64,000 nt of DNA, taken from contig JBJFGI010000041.1 in assembly GCA_051892535.1 (NCBI GenBank), forward strand, positions 20,585 to 84,584, written 5' to 3'. This document shows, piece after piece, positions 1 through 10,100 of this stretch. The stretch comes from Candidatus Coproplasma sp. Its GTDB lineage: Bacteria > Bacillota > Clostridia > Christensenellales > Borkfalkiaceae. Positions within the stretch are counted from its first letter, which is position 1. Every line of letters starts with the position of its first letter. A program made the translations under genes and the position numbers. The notes beneath the pieces were generated by a model, which had not been told where the DNA came from, did no database searches, and saw only the letters and a program-made list of their open reading frames with translations.

Positions 1-534
1 ATGGGGCTGAAGAGGGTGTACTACTCCTCCTATATCCCCGTCGTTCAGAGCCCGCTCCTCCCGCAGGTTGGGGCAGGGCTTTTGCGTGAACACAGGCTGT
101 ATCAGGCAGACTGGCTCATTCGCTTTTACGGGTTCGACGTGGACGAGATTTGCGGCGAGGGCGAAAACCTCTCCGCAGAGCTTGACCCGAAGTGCGCCTG
201 GGCGTTAAGACATATGGAGCTCTTCCCCGTGGAGGTCAACACCGCACCGCTGGAGAGCCTTCTGAGGGTTCCCGGAATCGGGGCGAGGGGGGCTTATCGC
301 ATAACCGAAGCGAGAAAATATACCACCCTCGACTTTGATAATCTTGCAAAAATGCGCATAATACTTAAGAGGGCGAAGCACTTTATCACCTGCAAGGGGA
401 AATTTTACGGCTCTGAGAACGTAAGTGCGGTTAACGCATCGCTTATGCTTCAGGAACGCAACGGCAACGCTGAACAACTTTCCATGTTCTCCTCCCCTTC
501 GGTTGCTCTTTCCGCCCTTACCGGTGAGATATGA
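1..534 (+). CDS. Putative DNA modification/repair radical SAM protein, C-terminal part (5' end lies outside the window)
   Basis: The ORF is open at the left edge. It contains REHRLYQADWLIRFYGF and an HhH-like LLRVPGIGARGAY segment, typical of the radical SAM family that pairs with a DUF4130/UDG-like gene. That partner follows 3 nt downstream. Confidence 0.7.
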   Translation: MGLKRVYYSSYIPVVQSPLLPQVGAGLLREHRLYQADWLIRFYGFDVDEICGEGENLSAELDPKCAWALRHMELFPVEVNTAPLESLLRVPGIGARGAYRITEARKYTTLDFDNLAKMRIILKRAKHFITCKGKFYGSENVSAVNASLMLQERNGNAEQLSMFSSPSVALSALTGEI

Positions 535-537
535 GAT

Positions 538-1266
538 ATGACCTATTATATTACAGACGGCAGCGAGGACTGCTTTTATACAGCCGTCTTTGACGCCTAT
601 AAAGACGAGGACTGTATTATAACCTCTTCCTGCGACGTTCAGCTGGGGCTGGGGTGCGAGCTTAAAGAAGTTATCGCAGACGGGCAAAAGGCTGAAAGGG
701 TAAGGAGAAAACTTAATTTGTTGGATACGGGAGCATTAAACGACGTTAAACTTATGCTCAGAAGTTGCGATGCCCTTAAGGAGAATATAGCCTTCGTTTA
801 CGTAAAGCTTATCGTAAAATTTGGCGGTGCGGTGCGCAATATGCAGGCTGACCCGAGGGTGCTGGAAGCGACGGACTTAATACACAAAGTGACGGGCGAA
901 AATCACCGTATGAAGGGGTTTTTACGGTTTATGGAGAACGCCGACGGCGTGCTGTACGCCCCCTATTCGCCCGACAACGATATAACCGATATGCTCGCCG
1001 TACACTTTGCCGACAGGCTTGGCGGACAGAAATTCGTCATACACGACGTAAAGAGGAAGATTGCCGCCCTGTATGACGGGAACGAGATTGTTATGACGAG
1101 GGTCGAAGACGCTGAAATTTACCTTTCGGAATACGAGAAGTATTTTGAGGACTTGTGGAAGCTGTACTATAAATCGGTCAACATTCTATCCCGTCCGCAC
1201 GAAAAGCAGATGAAAGGGTATATGCCCGTACGGTACTGGAAATTCCTCCCTGAAAAACGTGAATAA
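538..1266 (+). CDS. DUF4130-type putative DNA metabolism protein (partner of the radical SAM repair protein)
   Basis: 242-aa ORF tightly coupled to the upstream radical SAM ORF. The N-terminus (YYITDGSEDCFYTAVFDAY) and the C-terminal half (GFLRF...YAPY.PDNDI) match my recollection of this family. Confidence 0.65.
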   Translation: MTYYITDGSEDCFYTAVFDAYKDEDCIITSSCDVQLGLGCELKEVIADGQKAERVRRKLNLLDTGALNDVKLMLRSCDALKENIAFVYVKLIVKFGGAVRNMQADPRVLEATDLIHKVTGENHRMKGFLRFMENADGVLYAPYSPDNDITDMLAVHFADRLGGQKFVIHDVKRKIAALYDGNEIVMTRVEDAEIYLSEYEKYFEDLWKLYYKSVNILSRPHEKQMKGYMPVRYWKFLPEKRE

Positions 1267-1327
1267 TCGAAAAATAAAATTAGCCCTGCAGGATATCCTG
1301 CAGGGCTTAATTATGTATTAATTTAAA

Positions 1328-2113
1328 TCAGACGTTATCGTCGCCTCCGAACTTGCTTACCTTGGAGTCATCTTCAGCGTCCTCTACGGGAGCAGCTTCA
1401 ACCACAACGTCTTCGGCAGGCTGCTGGGGAGTATCTTCAACCACAGTTTCTTCAACTACAGCCTCTTCAACCACTACTTCTTCGGCAGGCTGCTGGGGAT
1501 CAGACTGAGCGAAAGTATTGGCATTTTCGCCATTCTTTTCCCTTAAAATCTCCTCATAGAAAGCGGCATATGCGCACTGTCTGTAAGGTTGTACCCAAAA
1601 ACTGAGTATGCCGCAGGTGAGTATACACAAAATACCCCAGCCGATAAAGCTTAAATCAAGGCAGAATAAACGCCATTTGTTGCCGTCCATCAACTCGATT
1701 GAACGCTTACGTGCCTGGCTGATATCCATATTGGGATTATCGGCTAATATGTAGTGGCTCATGCTGTAGGCATACGCCTTTACTATACCGGGGATAATGA
1801 AGAGTAACGACCAAAGGGCAATAAAAATTTCGTTAACGAGCGAGAGTAAAAACGCATTGGCGAAGTTTTTAAAACCTATGAAAGTATCCCCCACATCAAC
1901 TTTATAACCACGTACTACCTTGAGTGAAATTATTGCTATGGAAAGGGTAATCGGACCGATAACCAATAACAATGCAATTGCGCCAACACCTATTACGCTT
2001 AAGCCCGAAAGTACACCCTGAATAAGGGAAATTATCAGCGTAATGACTACAAGTGTTCCCCATTTGCCGTTTAAACTGTTCCAAGCCCTAACTCTGAAAT
2101 CTTTTGCCTTCAT
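1328..2113 (-). CDS. DUF975-family multi-pass membrane protein with an acidic V/E/P-rich C-terminal tail
   Basis: The N-terminus MKAKDFRVRAWNSLNGKWGT is typical of DUF975, and several TM segments follow. I moved the start to the ATG at 2113, which has a GGAGA SD, rather than the track start at 2191. Confidence 0.65.
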   Translation of the reverse strand: MKAKDFRVRAWNSLNGKWGTLVVITLIISLIQGVLSGLSVIGVGAIALLLVIGPITLSIAIISLKVVRGYKVDVGDTFIGFKNFANAFLLSLVNEIFIALWSLLFIIPGIVKAYAYSMSHYILADNPNMDISQARKRSIELMDGNKWRLFCLDLSFIGWGILCILTCGILSFWVQPYRQCAYAAFYEEILREKNGENANTFAQSDPQQPAEEVVVEEAVVEETVVEDTPQQPAEDVVVEAAPVEDAEDDSKVSKFGGDDNV

Positions 2114-2404
2114 ATTATCTCCTTTTTTTCGACGGTATTTGCCGTCATAATTTACACATATTATACTCTCAAATAATTTATTAGTCAACAAGCTTTGACA
2201 AATTACACCAGCTATATAGCTTAATATATTACGTACTGCTGTGTAAAATATATTTTACGTGCGTTAATTATAAAAAATAATCAAAAAACTTTAATTGTTA
2301 AAACAATTTATTATTCCCACCTTGACAAATGCACCGTATACCTATATACTTTATGACAGTACATATAAGATGTACAGCATTTTTTTACAAAAGGAGAACA
2401 GAAT

Positions 2405-2620
2405 ATGAAAACAGCAGCAAAGGTATTTATTATTATCGGTATGATTTTGGGCGCTTTAGGTATTTTACCTATAGTTTTCGGCGCTATCACGCTCAGCAAA
2501 ATGAAATCGGCGAAAGACGTATCCGAACTTACGGTTTGGGGCGTTTTAACCCTTCTTTTCTGTAGCTTGTTGGGCGGTATTTTCGTACTTTGCATGAAGA
2601 ACGAAGACTTAGCTAAGTAA
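2405..2620 (+). CDS. Small two-TM membrane protein (71 aa), function unknown
   Basis: An AAAGGAGAA SD lies 6-8 nt upstream of the ATG. There are two hydrophobic helices, and a hairpin plus T-run terminator follows. Confidence 0.5.
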   Translation: MKTAAKVFIIIGMILGALGILPIVFGAITLSKMKSAKDVSELTVWGVLTLLFCSLLGGIFVLCMKNEDLAK

Positions 2621-2648
2621 TCAATCCAACAACAGATTTCCGATTATT

Positions 2649-2682
2649 AACCCGTAAGATAAAACCTTCTTACGGGTTTTTG
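2649..2682 (+). terminator. Rho-independent terminator of the small membrane protein gene
   Basis: Stem cccgtaaga / tcttacggg followed by a T-run. Confidence 0.7.
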
Positions 2683-2687
2683 CTACC

Positions 2688-2726
2688 GTAAAAAAACAGG
2701 GTTGCCGTCATTGCAAGCAACCCTGT
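2688..2726 (-). terminator. Rho-independent terminator downstream of the mrp-like gene
   Basis: The minus strand reads agggttgc-ttgcaatgacg-gcaaccct followed by gttttttt. Confidence 0.7.
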
Positions 2727-2730
2727 AAAT

Positions 2731-3564
2731 TTATTTGTTTAACGCTTTATCTATCTTGTCGAAGAAGTCCTGAAGATAGTTGTTCTCTATATCTTCGATT
2801 CTTCCGCTGTCGGCAAGGTTAGTGAGCTCACTGTCTACAGGCACCTTCGCTACTGCAGGAATGTTATACTCAAGTGCGAGGGCGTCTGCCTTGCTGTCGC
2901 CGAAGATGCTGATCTTTCTTCCGCAGTCGGGGCAGGTGATGTAGGACATATTCTCCACGATACCTAAAATGGGTATGTTCATCATCTTCGCCATGTTGAC
3001 TGCCTTCTGAACAATCATACCCACCAAGTCCTGAGGGGTGGTGACGATTATTATACCGTCCAAAGGCAGGCTCTGGAAGATGGTTAAAGGTACGTCGCCC
3101 GTTCCGGGAGGCATATCGATAAACATTATATCTACAGCTTCCCAGATGACGTCCGTCCAGAATTGAAGGACGGTACCTGAAATGAGTGACCCCCTCCATA
3201 CTACGGGTTCGTCCTCGTGCTCCAACAGCACGTTCATACTCATAACCTGTACGCCGTACTTGGAATCGACGGGGAGTATTCCCTTTTCACTGCCCATTGC
3301 CCTATCGTGTATGCCGAACATTTTTGGTATGGAAGGACCTGTTATATCTGCATCCATCAAGGCTGCATTATATCCACGCCTCTGCGCTGAAACAGCGAGC
3401 ATTGCACTCGTCATTGATTTGCCTACGCCGCCCTTGCCTGATACGACGGCGATAACCTTTTTAACCGTGCTTAACTCGTGCGGTTTTTTCTTTAGACTCT
3501 CGGCCTTGCGTGAAGAACAACTCTCACCGCAAGACGAACAATCGTGATTACAATTTTCTGCCAT
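2731..3564 (-). CDS. Mrp/NBP35 (ApbC-like) Fe-S cluster carrier ATPase
   Basis: Walker A motif VVSGKGGVGKS, a Cys-rich N-terminus (CNHDCSSCGESC) and a C-terminal CPDC. The start is set at the ATG at 3564, which has a GGAGG SD. Confidence 0.85.
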   Translation of the reverse strand: MAENCNHDCSSCGESCSSRKAESLKKKPHELSTVKKVIAVVSGKGGVGKSMTSAMLAVSAQRRGYNAALMDADITGPSIPKMFGIHDRAMGSEKGILPVDSKYGVQVMSMNVLLEHEDEPVVWRGSLISGTVLQFWTDVIWEAVDIMFIDMPPGTGDVPLTIFQSLPLDGIIIVTTPQDLVGMIVQKAVNMAKMMNIPILGIVENMSYITCPDCGRKISIFGDSKADALALEYNIPAVAKVPVDSELTNLADSGRIEDIENNYLQDFFDKIDKALNK

Positions 3565-3646
3565 AATACCTCCGTTTTTTTGCAAGCTATATTTTAGTGT
3601 ATCACCATATAAAAGTCAAGTTATTTGTCTTAAGACAAAAATTTAC

Positions 3647-3675
3647 TTGCAATGTTTGAATTAATTTGTTATAAT
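3647..3675 (+). promoter_or_regulatory. Sigma-A type promoter for the SRP RNA gene
   Basis: TTGCAA at 3647-3652, a 17-nt spacer, then TATAAT at 3670-3675. Confidence 0.6.
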
Positions 3676-3680
3676 GCCTT

Positions 3681-3950
3681 TACCGTGCTAAGTGGGGAGT
3701 TAGCGGTGCCCTGTACCCGCAATCCGCTATAGCGGGACCGAACCGCCCCTCTCGACGACTAAAGTGGAAAGCAGTCCTTTATAAGGAGTGTTGATAACAA
3801 GGTCTTATGCAACTTTTCGCCGTGAACCGTGTCAGGATAGGGATATAGCAGCACTAAGCGGAGTGACGAGTGTGCCATAAGGTAGCCTTGTAGTAGCCAC
3901 CTGTAAAGGTAACGTTTCGGCTTTATTCGGCAAAAGGGACTGCACGGCTT
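3681..3950 (+). ncRNA. ffs: Signal recognition particle RNA, long Bacillus/Clostridium form with Alu-like domain (scRNA)
   Basis: CCCTGTACCCGCAATCCGCT matches the B. subtilis scRNA Alu-domain segment CCUGUAACCCGCAGUCCGCU. GTGTCAGG...GGGA...AGCAGCACTAAG matches the domain IV consensus GUCAGGUCCGGAAGGAAGCAGC. The 5' ACCGTGC pairs with the 3' GCACGG, and a T-run follows. There is no ORF. Confidence 0.85.
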
Positions 3951-3963
3951 TTTTTGAAAGATT

Positions 3964-3993
3964 AACCCGACTGTGTATGCAGTCGGGTTTTTA
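3964..3993 (+). terminator. Hairpin terminator downstream of the SRP RNA
   Basis: aacccgactg-tgtatg-cagtcgggtt followed by ttt. Confidence 0.6.
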
Positions 3994-4010
3994 CTTGCTT
4001 TGATAATTTT

Positions 4011-4038
4011 AAACCCGTCTGCATCGGCAGACGGGTTT
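4011..4038 (-). terminator. Hairpin terminator downstream of uppP
   Basis: aaacccgtctgc-atcg-gcagacgggttt, located 20 nt after the uppP stop. Confidence 0.55.
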
Positions 4039-4057
4039 AATAATTATGTTAATCTAA

Positions 4058-4885
4058 TTAGAACAAACCGCAGCAGTAGAGCACTATGCAGGTTATTGAA
4101 AGCAGAACGAGATACAGGCTGAACCACTTGTAATTTGCCTTCTTGATTGCCTGAAGCATAACCTTAATGGCAAACAGACCTGCGATTGCAGAGATTATAA
4201 AGCCTATCGCTATACACCAGCCGAACTGGTCGCCTGCCACCTGGAAGGAATATGCAAAGCTCTCCTCCCCCGTCTTGACCAAACCCTTGACAAGCTCCAC
4301 TAAAAAGCCGCCTAAGATTACCGGAATTGACATTAAGAAAGAGAAATGTGCAACCTCGTCGTTGTCGCCGCCGGCAAAAATACCTGCGGCTATGGTTGAA
4401 CCACTGCGTGAAATTCCCGGCAAAACGGCTATCGCCTGAGCCAAGCCCATCGGAATGGTCGTACGCCAACTCAAGGGCAAAACCTTTTTCCTGCGTTTTG
4501 CGTAAATCTCGGTTGCAAACAGTACGCCTGCCGTAACGAGGAAGAATACTGCAAGAATTATTCCTGCATACGAACCGCCGATAAGATGTTCTTCGATGAC
4601 GTCGTCCAAAAGGAAGCCCACGAGTGCCGCAGGAATTGACGCAACGATAAGATACAGCAGTGTTTTAAAGGGTTTTTTGAAGAGATCTAAGATATCCCTC
4701 CAGAATATTACGCACACCGCAACCAACGTGCCGAGGTGCAAAATAAGGTTGAAAAAGAGTTCCGCCCCACCGATATTAATGCCAAGCACCCTCTGTAAAA
4801 AGGTCAGGTGTCCCGAAGAGGATACAGGCAAAAATTCAGTTAATCCTTGCGTTAAACCTAATACAATCGCTTGCCACCACTGCAT
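4058..4885 (-). CDS. uppP: Undecaprenyl-diphosphate phosphatase
   Basis: N-terminal GLTQGLTEFLPVSSSGHL and the PGISRSGSTI motif, in a polytopic membrane protein of 275 aa. Confidence 0.9.
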   Translation of the reverse strand: MQWWQAIVLGLTQGLTEFLPVSSSGHLTFLQRVLGINIGGAELFFNLILHLGTLVAVCVIFWRDILDLFKKPFKTLLYLIVASIPAALVGFLLDDVIEEHLIGGSYAGIILAVFFLVTAGVLFATEIYAKRRKKVLPLSWRTTIPMGLAQAIAVLPGISRSGSTIAAGIFAGGDNDEVAHFSFLMSIPVILGGFLVELVKGLVKTGEESFAYSFQVAGDQFGWCIAIGFIISAIAGLFAIKVMLQAIKKANYKWFSLYLVLLSITCIVLYCCGLF

Positions 4886-4891
4886 AAATCA

Positions 4892-7021
4892 TTAACCTAA
4901 CTCAGATAAATCTTTATAGACGTTCTTATCCGTCTTGACAGTATCGTCGTTGAACAAATTACGTATAATTTCATCACGCTTAAGCGTCGCTTCGTTGGTT
5001 AAATCGGATTCCTTAATCCACTCGTAGAAGCGGTTTTCAAAGGTACCTTCCTTTTCAACGTTTTCCTGACTGAATACGGGAACGTAATCCGCACCGCCTT
5101 CACAGGTGAACGTGTCGGTTACGTAGATGATGTGCCAGCCGTAGTCGCCTGCGCAGACCTTGAAGGTACCGACGCCTTCCCTTAACGCCTGTTGTGCGGC
5201 GTACTCGAACTCCTTAATATAGTTGGTTGAATATGCGGATACGGAATAGCCGATATACTGTGAAAGCACACCCGTATCGGTGGTGTATGCGTACTGCAAC
5301 TCGTTTACTGCGCAGAGTGCCTTGTAACGCTCGCTATCCTTTTTAAACATATTCTGGTCGGAAATATCGTCGAGAGTAACCTTACCGGTTGCATACACGA
5401 GCTTGGAGTAGTCAATCTCGTCCTTGTCGTCTTCCTTTGTGAAATCGGTTGTTGTGTAGTAACCATCGGTCTTAGTGTAACTTGCTTTATCACCGTCGAG
5501 AACGTAGTTGACATATGCAACGAACTCACCCAACATATCGTCGATATTGAGCTTTTTAGGCGTAAGCGTGTAGCTGCCGTCTGCATTCTTCTTGACCGTA
5601 CCGTTGTAGCTGTATCTGCCGTCGTACTTATCCAAAGCTTCGTACTTGTCGGTCTTTGTCAAGTTGTTTTCAAAGAAAAGATAATCTCTTCCGCTGTCTT
5701 CGCTGTCCTTACCGTAGTACTCAAGCGAAGTTTCGCTTGCCTTGAAGGAATAGTCGGTTGTACCGTTAAACCAAGCAGAACGCTGGTCGGTCGTCGTAAT
5801 ATTTTTTAACAGCTTATTCCTTTCAACAAAATAGTCGCTGTCGGATATACCGCTGTTGTTGTCACGGTAATACTGTAACTCGGTGAGCTTATTGGACTGC
5901 TGCTCGTTGAAGGGAAGCAAGATGTTGTAAACGTAACCGAAGGTTCCGTACGTGCCATCAATCTCATCGGTATCGTCCTTGGTTGAAGGGCTGTAGAGTA
6001 TAAACGTGGAATCAGATAAATTACCCATAGCCGTTTCGAACGAAGAGCTATCTTTATATGAGGAAACCTGTTCCTCGTAGATTTTCTGATATCTGCCGTC
6101 AATGTAAGTGTAGATACCGTCCTCCACAGTGGTAATTATCTTTTCTCTGTCCTCTTCGAACAAATCGCTGAACTCGGAGACAATCTCTTGCTTGAGCTGA
6201 GATACATATAAATCCTGTACGTATTTTAAGTTGTCGATTTTTGTGTTGTCGGTCTCGTTTACGTCTATAAGATAGTTATTCTTAAGATAGTTTATGAAAG
6301 CCGAATAAGCTTTACGGCGAGTGGTGCGGTTGGTACCGTCCAAGGGCTCGTAATCGTCGCCGGCGTCTGCAAGGAGGTTGCCGGTATAGCCGGTGTACAC
6401 GTTATAATTCGCAGGAATGTAGTCATCCTTGAGCGTATCTACTCCCGTGGGGGTTGTACGGGAAGAGGTGCCGCTGTAGCTCTCGTCTTCGTCAGCGTTG
6501 ATATAACCCTTTTCATAGCTGTCCAGCACGTTGTTAAGCGAAGAATATAAAGAGTACTTTGCACTCCTTACACCATCCGAATCCTCACCGCCGAGGAGAC
6601 ATTCGTACTTCTCCTTTTCGGTAGTCTTTGAGTTATATTCATCAAGGCTGATATCGCCTGCCTCAACCTTACTCTTCAATACGTAGACCGTAGCATACTG
6701 GGTAACCACTGCGTTTTCAGCCAACGCTTCTGAGAGCATATCGAATACCACTGCATAGGAATAACCCTGCTGTGTATAACTGGAACCCGTATTAAGATAA
6801 GATACGATTAAGTCCATCTTGGTGACGTATTCGTCTTCAACTACGTCTGCATAGTCGCCAAATTCCGCCCTAAAGTCAGCGCTTGCCGATATGTTTACCG
6901 TAGATACGATCTGCTTCGTATCCTTTTCGTTCAACGTTACGCAACCGCCAAGCGTAGCCCCCATAGTTATAGATACGGCTACTGCCGCAATTGCAATAAG
7001 TCTGCTTTTAAATTTCTTCAT
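4892..7021 (-). CDS. Large lipoprotein with a C-terminal parvulin (PpiC/PrsA)-like signature
   Basis: Signal peptide with a lipobox (MKKFKSRLIAIAAVAVSITMGATLGGC). The C-terminus FKVCAGDYGWHIIYV resembles the GYHII end of parvulin domains. It sits downstream of mfd, as prsA-like genes do in Clostridia. The start is set at the internal ATG at 7021. Confidence 0.5.
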   Translation of the reverse strand: MKKFKSRLIAIAAVAVSITMGATLGGCVTLNEKDTKQIVSTVNISASADFRAEFGDYADVVEDEYVTKMDLIVSYLNTGSSYTQQGYSYAVVFDMLSEALAENAVVTQYATVYVLKSKVEAGDISLDEYNSKTTEKEKYECLLGGEDSDGVRSAKYSLYSSLNNVLDSYEKGYINADEDESYSGTSSRTTPTGVDTLKDDYIPANYNVYTGYTGNLLADAGDDYEPLDGTNRTTRRKAYSAFINYLKNNYLIDVNETDNTKIDNLKYVQDLYVSQLKQEIVSEFSDLFEEDREKIITTVEDGIYTYIDGRYQKIYEEQVSSYKDSSSFETAMGNLSDSTFILYSPSTKDDTDEIDGTYGTFGYVYNILLPFNEQQSNKLTELQYYRDNNSGISDSDYFVERNKLLKNITTTDQRSAWFNGTTDYSFKASETSLEYYGKDSEDSGRDYLFFENNLTKTDKYEALDKYDGRYSYNGTVKKNADGSYTLTPKKLNIDDMLGEFVAYVNYVLDGDKASYTKTDGYYTTTDFTKEDDKDEIDYSKLVYATGKVTLDDISDQNMFKKDSERYKALCAVNELQYAYTTDTGVLSQYIGYSVSAYSTNYIKEFEYAAQQALREGVGTFKVCAGDYGWHIIYVTDTFTCEGGADYVPVFSQENVEKEGTFENRFYEWIKESDLTNEATLKRDEIIRNLFNDDTVKTDKNVYKDLSELG

Positions 7022-7106
7022 TGAAAATCCCCTGAATGGCAATTATCGTTATAATTCGATTATCTGTATTATTATATACTATAAAAAGGTTAAAGACAAA
7101 TTATTT

Positions 7107-10100
7107 TTAAGTATTTTGGTTAAAACTTAGTGCAAATTTCAAAAATTTTGTCATTCCCAACATAGTTTTTGTCTGCGTTGACTGCGGTTTGAAAACAACT
7201 TGCGGTGCTTTTGCCATAGAAAGAGTTATATCCCTTTTGTAATAGTCGATTGCAGAGGCTAAGCGATTGTCGTGCAAACTGTTTATCGACGGCAATTCCA
7301 GACAACCGCCCTGCGGGTCAACCGTAATCTTTTTGACGTTAAACTTGGCGGCGTAACTTTTCAGCACTGCGATAATCAGAAGGTTTAACACCTCGTCGGG
7401 AACCTGACCATAGTTATCCTCCATACTGCGGAGTACTCGTTTATAGTCGTCAACCGAACGTATTTCGGCAATTTGCTTGTAGCAGTCCATTCTGCCCGCA
7501 CTGCTTTCGATATAGCCTTCGGGAATGTATGCGCCAGCCTTGATATCCAGCTCGGCGACAAACTGCTTTTCGCCCGAAACCTCTTCCTTCAAAATCTTGG
7601 AGTACAGTTCGTAACCTACCTTATCCATATGTCCGTGTTGCTCTGCGCCGAGGACGTTACCTGCACCCCTTATCTCCAGATCACGCATTGCGATTTTAAA
7701 GCCTGAACCGAGCTCGGTAAATTGCATAATCGCCTTTAACCTCTCGGCGGCGTCGCTCGTCATGACCTTTTCGGGCTTGAAGGTGAAGTATGCAGAGGCA
7801 AGGCGTGACCCCCTGCCCACTCTGCCACGGAGCTGATAGAGCTGGGAAATGCCCAGTCTGTCTGCGTCGATAACTATTATAGTGTTGGCGTTGGGCAGGT
7901 CGATGCCGTTCTCGATTATCGTCGTGGTGACGAGGACGTTTTTTTCACCCCTGTAGAAGGAGAAAACGTTGCCCTCAAGGAGGTTTTTATCCATTCTGCC
8001 GTGGGCGTAAACTACTTTTGCCTCGGGGATAATTCTCGCTATCTTCCCTGCAAATTCGGAGATGCTCTCCACACGGTTATACAGAATAAATACCTGACCG
8101 CCACGGGTTATCTCCCTCAATACCGCATCCCTTATAAGCGTTTCGCTCTCCTCGACGACGTAGGTCTGTACGGGCAATCTTCTCCCCGGGGGAGTGTTTA
8201 TCGTACTTATATCCCTTATGCCCGAGAGCGACATATGCAGCGTTCTGGGTATGGGGGTTGCCGTCATTGTAAGACAGTCGATGTTGTTCTTTATGTGCTT
8301 AATCTTCTCCTTATGCTCCACGCCGAAACGCTGTTCCTCGTCGAGAATAAGCAGACCTAAATCTTTGAATTTTACGTCGGAGGAGAGCAGCCTGTGGGTA
8401 CCTATGATTAAATCGACTTCACCCTTTTCAAGACGTCTTAACGTCTCCTCCTGCTGTTTGGGAGTTTTAAAGCGGTTGAGCTTTTCAACACACACCCCGA
8501 AGTCCTCAAACCTCTTTACTGCGGTATTGAAATGCTGTTCGGATAAAATGGTGCTGGGGCACATTAATGCCGCCTGCTTGCCGCCGAGTATGCACAGGTA
8601 TGCGGCACGGAGAGCTACCTCCGTCTTGCCGTAGCCCACGTCTCCGCAGAGCAGTCTGTCCATAACTTTATCCGAACACATATCCCCCTTTATCTCTTCG
8701 ATACAAGTGAGCTGGTCGGGGGTCTCTTCGTATTCAAAGGCGTTCTCGAACTCCTCCATCATAACGGCGTTTTCAGGGAAGGCAAAGCCCTTTCTCTCCC
8801 CCCTTTCGGCGTAGAGTAGCTTTAAGTCGAACGCAAGCTTGCGCACCGACTGGCGAACCCTCTCTTTTACCCTTTCAAACTCCGCACCGCCGATTTTGGA
8901 CAGCGTGGGGTTATCCTCACCTACGTACTTGGAGAGGGTGTCCATCTGCTCTACGGGGACGTACAACACGTCGCCGCCACGGTAGGCAATGGCTATATAC
9001 TCCTTGATACCGTCCGTCGTTTCAATCTTTTTAGTGCCTGTAATTTTGCCCACGCCGTGTTTTTCGTGTACGGCGAAGTCACCCACCTCGGGGGCGGAGA
9101 ACATATCGCCCCTGCGCTTTTTAATACGCTTTTGCGTGGTTTTGGTAAAGACGTTACCGCTGCCGACTATCGCAAGCTTTGCGTCGTGCAGGATAAATCC
9201 CTTGGACAAAGCCTCGGAAGATACGCACACGTCCAAAAGTGCGTCAAGGCGGTCGGGTACGGCGTTAACCCCTATATATGCCTCGTGCAACACCTCGCAC
9301 AGCCTCTCGTAATGGTTGACGCCGTCGGCGAAAATCAACACCCTGTAACCGCCTGAAAGCCAGTGTTTGACGTCCTCGGCAAGCAGCGGCACGTTGTTTA
9401 AATATGAGGGCGAGGGAACGTGTTTTAGGTTGTACGTCTTTAAGGGTTTAAAGAAGGGTATCTGCGTTGTAAAGGTCTGCAACGCCATGTTTAAATACCT
9501 GTTTGCTCCGCCGATAAATTGCTCCTCGGTCAGAAATTGGTTTTGGGAAAAACTGCATACCTCTCCGCCCGAATACAGTTCTTTAAACCTCTCTGCATGC
9601 TCCTTTTCGAGCACCCTTAACCTGTCGGACACGGGCTTGCACTCGTCGAAAATTACTACCGTTTCGGGGGGCAGTATATCGAAGAGCGTTCTGGCGCAAT
9701 TGAGTTTGGGATATAAAAAGTCCTGACCTGCAAACGGCGTTGCAGCGGCAAGCTTTTCGGCAAGCGTTGAACACAGCGAGGAAAGGCGTTTGTACTGGGC
9801 GTCGCTCTTGCAGGCTTTTAACTCCCTGTTCAGGTCGGCAATGAGCTTCTCTCCCTCCCCCTCGTCTATATAACAGTCAATCGCAGGCATAATCACTACG
9901 CCGTCGATATCGGGCAGCCTTTCTCCGCTTGCCATATCGTAGGGGCGGATGCGCTCCGCCTCGTCGCCGAAGAAATCTACCCTGACGGGGTTCTCCGCAC
10001 CGACGGGGAATATATCTAAAATATCGCCCCTGACGGCAAAGGCACCCTTGCTCTCTACGGTATATTCACGGGTATAACCCATTTTTACAAGCAGGGCGGG

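Noticed and set aside
2311-2595. ORFs 2311..2595 (-) and 2329..2565 (+) overlapping the small membrane protein gene
   Set aside because: Only the 2405..2620 frame has an SD, a hydrophobic two-helix product and a terminator. The others are low-complexity read-throughs of AT-rich promoter DNA.
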